Assembly (NCBI GenBank): GCA_963720565.1
Contig: CAVRFW010000009.1
Coordinates: 256,001 to 320,000 of the forward strand
Reading direction: 5' to 3'
DNA: 64,000 nt
Origin: Candidatus Bathyarchaeota archaeon
Lineage (GTDB): Archaea; Thermoproteota; Bathyarchaeia; Bathyarchaeales; Bathycorpusculaceae
A program made the translations under genes and the position numbers. The notes under the pieces are model-generated. The model was not told the origin of the DNA, made no database searches, and was given only the letters and a program-made list of their open reading frames with translations. Shown here one piece after another: positions 59,527 to 64,000 of this stretch; position 1 is the stretch's first letter; each line of letters opens with the position of its first letter.

Positions 59527-59842
59527 CCCGGCTTCCGACAAAGCAAAGTCGATTTTGTCCCTGCTGAACAAATTCCTGGTTCGTGCTGACCGTAAAACAT
59601 CTGCCTTGGCAAGTGCTTCATGACACTTTTATTCTTCTCTAAAGTCTCCGCGTCGCTTCCGAATTATAGTATTATGGCTAAGTATTGTAAAATTATGTGT
59701 GAAATGTCGTTAACAAAACCACAAGTTTTATATATGTGCACTGTTCATCACCTTAGACTGCGCGGGCCGAATGTACTATTTCTTCAGCCCACAAGGCATA
59801 TGGTGACGGTTCTACGCAAATATAAAAATGGAGTGGAAGAGA

Positions 59843-60781
59843 TTGAGCAAAAAAGAGCCTAGAGCACAACAGCGCTTGGTTGACAAGTGTCCCGAGTGCG
59901 GTAGTGATAACCTAGTTCACGATTACGATACAGGCGAGACCGTTTGCGGCGCCTGCGGTCTTGTTGTTTATGAACAAATGATGGATAAAGGACCAGAATG
60001 GCGCGCCTTCACACAGGAAGAGAAAACTTCGAGGAGTCGCGTAGGCGTTCCAACCAGCTATTCAGTTCACGACAAAGGGTTGTCTACGGCAATTAGCCAA
60101 GTGGATCGAGACGCTTTTGGCAGGAAATTGCCACTTTCAACAAGGCTGCAGATGTGGCGTTTGAGAAAATGGCAGATACGCTCGAGAGTTCATTCTTCAA
60201 TAGATCGAAATCTTGCGCAGGCAATGGCTGAACTAGACCGTCTGTCTGACAAAGTTTACATTCCGGCACCTATCAAGGAAAAAGCTGCTGTTATCTACCG
60301 TAAAGCGTTGGACAAGGGTCTTGTTCGCGGAAGGTCAATTGCAGCTATTGCTGCAGCAGCTTTGTACGCTGCTTGCCGCGGAAGCGGAACTCCTAGAACT
60401 CTGAGGGAAATTGCTGAGGCAAGTCTAGTTGACAAGAAGGACGTGGCACGTTGCTACAGGCTTCTGCTTCGTGAGCTTGAAGTTCATATGCCTATTGCTG
60501 ATCCGTTGACCTATGTGTCGAAGATTGCAGAACGAACTGGAATATCGGGAAAGACTCAAGGTGCAGCAATACAGATACTCAGAGATGCAAGGCGACGACG
60601 TGCGGCTGCCGGCAAAGACCCAATGGGTTTAGCAGCTGCTGCGCTCTACATTGCATGTTTGCAGAACAACGAGAAGAAAACCCAGAAGGATATTGCAGAA
60701 GCAGCCGGTGTTACCGAAGTCACGGTTAGAAACCGCTACAAAACCCTTAAAAAACAACTAAACCTCGAGTTACCAGACTAA
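59843..60781 (+). CDS. tfb: transcription initiation factor IIB
   Basis: CPECG...CGACG zinc ribbon, PEWRAF, two cyclin repeats, VTEVTVRNRY; ORF open from 59828. Confidence 0.97.
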   Translation: MSKKEPRAQQRLVDKCPECGSDNLVHDYDTGETVCGACGLVVYEQMMDKGPEWRAFTQEEKTSRSRVGVPTSYSVHDKGLSTAISQVDRDAFGRKLPLSTRLQMWRLRKWQIRSRVHSSIDRNLAQAMAELDRLSDKVYIPAPIKEKAAVIYRKALDKGLVRGRSIAAIAAAALYAACRGSGTPRTLREIAEASLVDKKDVARCYRLLLRELEVHMPIADPLTYVSKIAERTGISGKTQGAAIQILRDARRRRAAAGKDPMGLAAAALYIACLQNNEKKTQKDIAEAAGVTEVTVRNRYKTLKKQLNLELPD

Positions 60782-61014
60782 GCGCTTGAACTTTCACTTT
60801 CTTCTTCTTTTTCCAGTTCCATAACTATAGGGCCAACATAGCCACATTCTTGGCACAGGTACTTTCTGGGTGTCAGCCAGAGGTCAAGGCTACTGTACAA
60901 ACCAATTTTGGGACTAGCGCATTTGGGACAGTAAATCGCAGAGGGTTTCCGGTGTTTCATGGTTTTGAATACATCACGAACGTTTCCTAGCAGTCTCATC
61001 TGGACTTTATGCAC
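60778..61014 (-). CDS. small zinc-ribbon protein
   Basis: YCPKCAS...YLCQECGYVG. Confidence 0.75.
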   Translation of the reverse strand: MHKVQMRLLGNVRDVFKTMKHRKPSAIYCPKCASPKIGLYSSLDLWLTPRKYLCQECGYVGPIVMELEKEEESESSSA

Positions 61015-61032
61015 CTTAGCTATATCTGTAGA

Positions 61033-61341
61033 TTATTGGAGTTCTATGTTTTCTTCCGGATAACCTATCTTAATGAGGTATTCACGCACTCTTTCGCGAT
61101 GGTCGCCCTGCAACATTATCAACCCGTTTTTGGAGGTTCCCCCACAAGCACAATATCCTTTGAGCTTCTGCGCTAAGCCAGAAAGACTGGCACTCTTTTC
61201 ATCAATGCCGTCAATAATTGTGCTCGGTCTGCCGAATTTTCTTGTTTCAAGCCTAATACGAATACGCTGTTGCTCTTTTTCTATTTCTCCACAAACGCAC
61301 AAATCCTTTGGGAGTCCGCAAGTCGAACAAACTTCAGCCAT
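61033..61341 (-). CDS. translation initiation factor aIF1 (SUI1/YciH family)
   Basis: CSTCGLPKDLCVC, LK..CACGGT, LQGDHR. Confidence 0.93.
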   Translation of the reverse strand: MAEVCSTCGLPKDLCVCGEIEKEQQRIRIRLETRKFGRPSTIIDGIDEKSASLSGLAQKLKGYCACGGTSKNGLIMLQGDHRERVREYLIKIGYPEENIELQ

Positions 61342-61579
61342 GACGCTCAGTCATAGCAATGTAACTGAGATATATAAAAGTTACAAAGAAACATCGAGCA
61401 ACAACCTGTACCTGACCCTTTTCTTTCCTGTTACTGTCGTTGTGTGTCTCGATGCTAAAATGGGGCAGAATGCAAACAGAGCTTACCGCATGTATGCGGG
61501 ACTAAGAAAGTATTAAATTTTATTTGGCTTCTACTTCTAATCATGACATCCTTTTCTGGATTATCAGAACGAACAGAAT

Positions 61580-62926
61580 ATGAGCCTTTTCACTGACCTT
61601 TACGAGTTGACTATGTGCTCAAGCTATTTCGATAATAAGAAATTTGAGCCAGCGACATTTGACTTGTTTACTCGACGGTTGCCTGCGAATCGTTCTTATC
61701 TGCTGTTTGCTGGGTTGGAGCAGGTACTTCAATATCTCAAGAGCGTGCGATTCACTGAAGAACACCTTGCCTACCTGAAAAAACAGGGTTTTAACGGGAA
61801 TTTCTTGGATTACCTTCGTGGCTTCAAGTTCACTGGAGACGTTTGGGCTGTTCCCGAGGGCACTGTTGCATTTCCATGTGAGCCTCTGATTAGGGTAACC
61901 GCGCCAATAATCGAGGCACAGCTCATAGAGACTTTTCTGCTAAACACTGTGAACCTGCAGACGATGATTGCAACAAAAGCCTCACGGGTTGTGCATGCAG
62001 CGAAGGGCAAAACGGTAATCGAATTTGGCTTGAGACGAGAACACGGCATAGATGCTGGAATGAAAGTGGCACGCGCAAGCTACATAGCAGGATGCCGAGG
62101 TACTTCAAATGTTTTAGCTGGTTTAGCTTACGGGATTCCAGTATTCGGTACTATGGCTCACTCCTTCATAATGTCATACGAAAGGGAAATGGACGCTTTC
62201 CGAGCCTTCGCCAAAACCTTCCCCAACAAAACCACCCTCTTGATCGACACATACAACAACATAGCAGGGGCAAAAAAAGCTGCGAAAATCGCTAAGGAGC
62301 TTGAAACAAAAGGCTGCAGACTCGGGGGAGTCAGGCTCGACAGCGGAGATTTGGCGAATTTGAGCAAAAAAGTCAGGAAAATACTGGACGATAGGGGCTT
62401 GAGTTATGTGCAAATCTTTGCAAGCGGTGACCTGGATGAGTTCCGGATAGCAGAGTTGATGCAGGCTGACTCAAAGATTGATGCGTTCGGTGTTGGCACC
62501 AAAATGGGCACTTCGGCAGACAAGCCTTACCTTGATGTGATTTACAAACTCTGCGAAACCATGAATGCAAAAGGTCGTTTCTCGCCGATAATGAAATTGA
62601 GCGAAGGCAAATTTACTCTGCCGGGAAGAAAACAAGTCTTCCGATTCAGAGATCGGAGAGGAAATTTCAAGAAGGATGTGATTGCTTTGGCAGATGAAGA
62701 GGTTGCGGGCGATCCATTGTTGGTAAAGGTTATGGAAAACGGGGACATGCTTTTTGATTTGCCGTCTCTTGAAGAGGTTCGGCAAAAAGCTTCGGAACAT
62801 TTGGCGAAACTTCCGGAAAAATTCAAAGCTTTGACCAATGCCCCTGAGTATCCTGTAGAAATAAGTCGAAACCTCAAGATCTCAACTAGGAATCTGAAGC
62901 AGCGGTTGCGAAAAACCCGAGAATGA
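61580..62926 (+). CDS. pncB: nicotinate phosphoribosyltransferase
   Basis: LFTDLYELTM, EFGLRR, GTSNV, GTMAHS, LIDTY, VRLDSGDL, ASGDLDE, FGVGT. Confidence 0.95.
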   Translation: MSLFTDLYELTMCSSYFDNKKFEPATFDLFTRRLPANRSYLLFAGLEQVLQYLKSVRFTEEHLAYLKKQGFNGNFLDYLRGFKFTGDVWAVPEGTVAFPCEPLIRVTAPIIEAQLIETFLLNTVNLQTMIATKASRVVHAAKGKTVIEFGLRREHGIDAGMKVARASYIAGCRGTSNVLAGLAYGIPVFGTMAHSFIMSYEREMDAFRAFAKTFPNKTTLLIDTYNNIAGAKKAAKIAKELETKGCRLGGVRLDSGDLANLSKKVRKILDDRGLSYVQIFASGDLDEFRIAELMQADSKIDAFGVGTKMGTSADKPYLDVIYKLCETMNAKGRFSPIMKLSEGKFTLPGRKQVFRFRDRRGNFKKDVIALADEEVAGDPLLVKVMENGDMLFDLPSLEEVRQKASEHLAKLPEKFKALTNAPEYPVEISRNLKISTRNLKQRLRKTRE

Positions 62927-63041
62927 CTTCAGCCAAGGTTTAGCCAAGCCAGAGACTGGAGTCGCCAATATGGTCCAGACTTGGCAAAAACTTAAAAGTC
63001 CTCTAGAAAACGATATTTGATATCTAGAAGGAAAAGACGCC

Positions 63042-64000
63042 ATGCAAAATCGCCCAGCTATAGTCGCTGTTGGCAGAACAAAGTTTGGAGAGCACTACGG
63101 AAAAGAGCCTGAAAAGCTTATTGAAGAAGCGTGGCTTAGAGCTTCACGAGAATGCAGCATAGAAAGACGAGACTTGGAGGCTTGCTACCTCTCAGACTGT
63201 TTTCTTCCGATCACGAATAAGCTGGGCCTGGAAGAAGGTTTTCTGTCAGAACTCACTGAACTTCATATCCCTATGGAAGTGACCCGTTCAGTCAGTGCCG
63301 CTTTGCTAACAGCTTGCAACGCTATCCAGGCTGGTACGTACAATACGGTGTTGGTTGGCGGGATAGAGAAAATGACTGATCGCTGGGACAAAATACGCGA
63401 CGACCTTATGCTCCTTGAAGACCCATGGAGCTATTATGCAGGTGGTACTCCGGAGGCAAACCATGAGCTTATGCTCAGAGCCTACGTAAAAAAATACGGG
63501 ATAATGGGCGAAAATCTTGAAAAACTCAACCTCGCTCTTGCCCAGATAGCTGTAAAAAACCATGATCACGCAACCAAAAACGAATATGCCCAGTTTCATA
63601 GAAAAATAACCGTCGAACAGGTAATTAGTGCCAGGGAAGCGGCGCGCAAACCTCTGGGACTCTACGATTTTGCACCAATATCCGATGGTGCATCAGCCTT
63701 AATACTTACAAACGCGGAGCTGGCGAAGAGAAAGACTAATGCTCCTGTTTACGTATTAGGTTGCTCTTCAGCAACAGACTACCTTAATTTTCCAACAAGA
63801 AAAGACTTGACGCATTTTGTTGCCGCGAGAATTGCGGCGAAAAACGCATTCGAAATGGCCAAGGTAAGCCCGCTGGATATTCAAGTTGCGGAATTATACG
63901 ATCAGTCCACCCTTATGGAGATGATTTCTCTTGAAGACTTGGGTTTCTGTGAGCCTGGAACAGCTTGGAAAAGCGTACGTGGAAGCTGCGAAGACTACAA
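63042..64000 (+). CDS. SCP2-type thiolase-fold protein, runs off the window edge (absent from the ORF track)
   Basis: Hand translation MQNRPAIVAVGRTKFGE...VLVGGIEKMTD...IAVKNH...NEYAQF...APISDGASALIL...AELYDQS...LEDLGFC. Confidence 0.85.
   Translation, partial: MQNRPAIVAVGRTKFGEHYGKEPEKLIEEAWLRASRECSIERRDLEACYLSDCFLPITNKLGLEEGFLSELTELHIPMEVTRSVSAALLTACNAIQAGTYNTVLVGGIEKMTDRWDKIRDDLMLLEDPWSYYAGGTPEANHELMLRAYVKKYGIMGENLEKLNLALAQIAVKNHDHATKNEYAQFHRKITVEQVISAREAARKPLGLYDFAPISDGASALILTNAELAKRKTNAPVYVLGCSSATDYLNFPTRKDLTHFVAARIAAKNAFEMAKVSPLDIQVAELYDQSTLMEMISLEDLGFCEPGTAWKSVRGSCEDY

Overview
This is a core-genome window of an archaeon. The 16S sequence and gene content (aCPSF1, TFB, eIF6, L12/L18a/L31e/L39e, S19e, Rpp21, DGGGP synthase, SepF) point to the TACK group, most likely Bathyarchaeia; that assignment is my inference. 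It holds about 65 CDSs, a stand-alone 16S rRNA gene inside a perfect bulge-helix-bulge processing stem with no 23S gene or tRNA beside it, and the SRP RNA gene. Operons include tupABC with a ModE-like regulator, opp/dpp, nrdR-nrdD-nrdG and two ribosomal-protein clusters. I saw no CRISPR array, IS element, integrase or tRNA gene. The most notable observations are: (1) a 184-aa Rpo5 with an N-terminal domain resembling the eukaryotic Rpb5 jaw; (2) a circularly permuted, C-terminally anchored family-5 solute-binding protein; (3) a coupled DGGGP synthase / phytol-kinase-like / divergent dTMP-kinase-like operon that may salvage isoprenoid alcohols; (4) a 1450-aa Fe-S nuclease plus SF1 helicase (Dna2-like); (5) a bacterial-type NrdR with a candidate operator; (6) the rps19e...ftsY superoperon split in a way that fits a ~25 kb inversion; (7) a Cys-less thiolase-fold protein. 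Nine frameshifts in five genes are all single-base insertions and are probably assembly errors. All family calls come from motif recognition by eye; no database searches were run.
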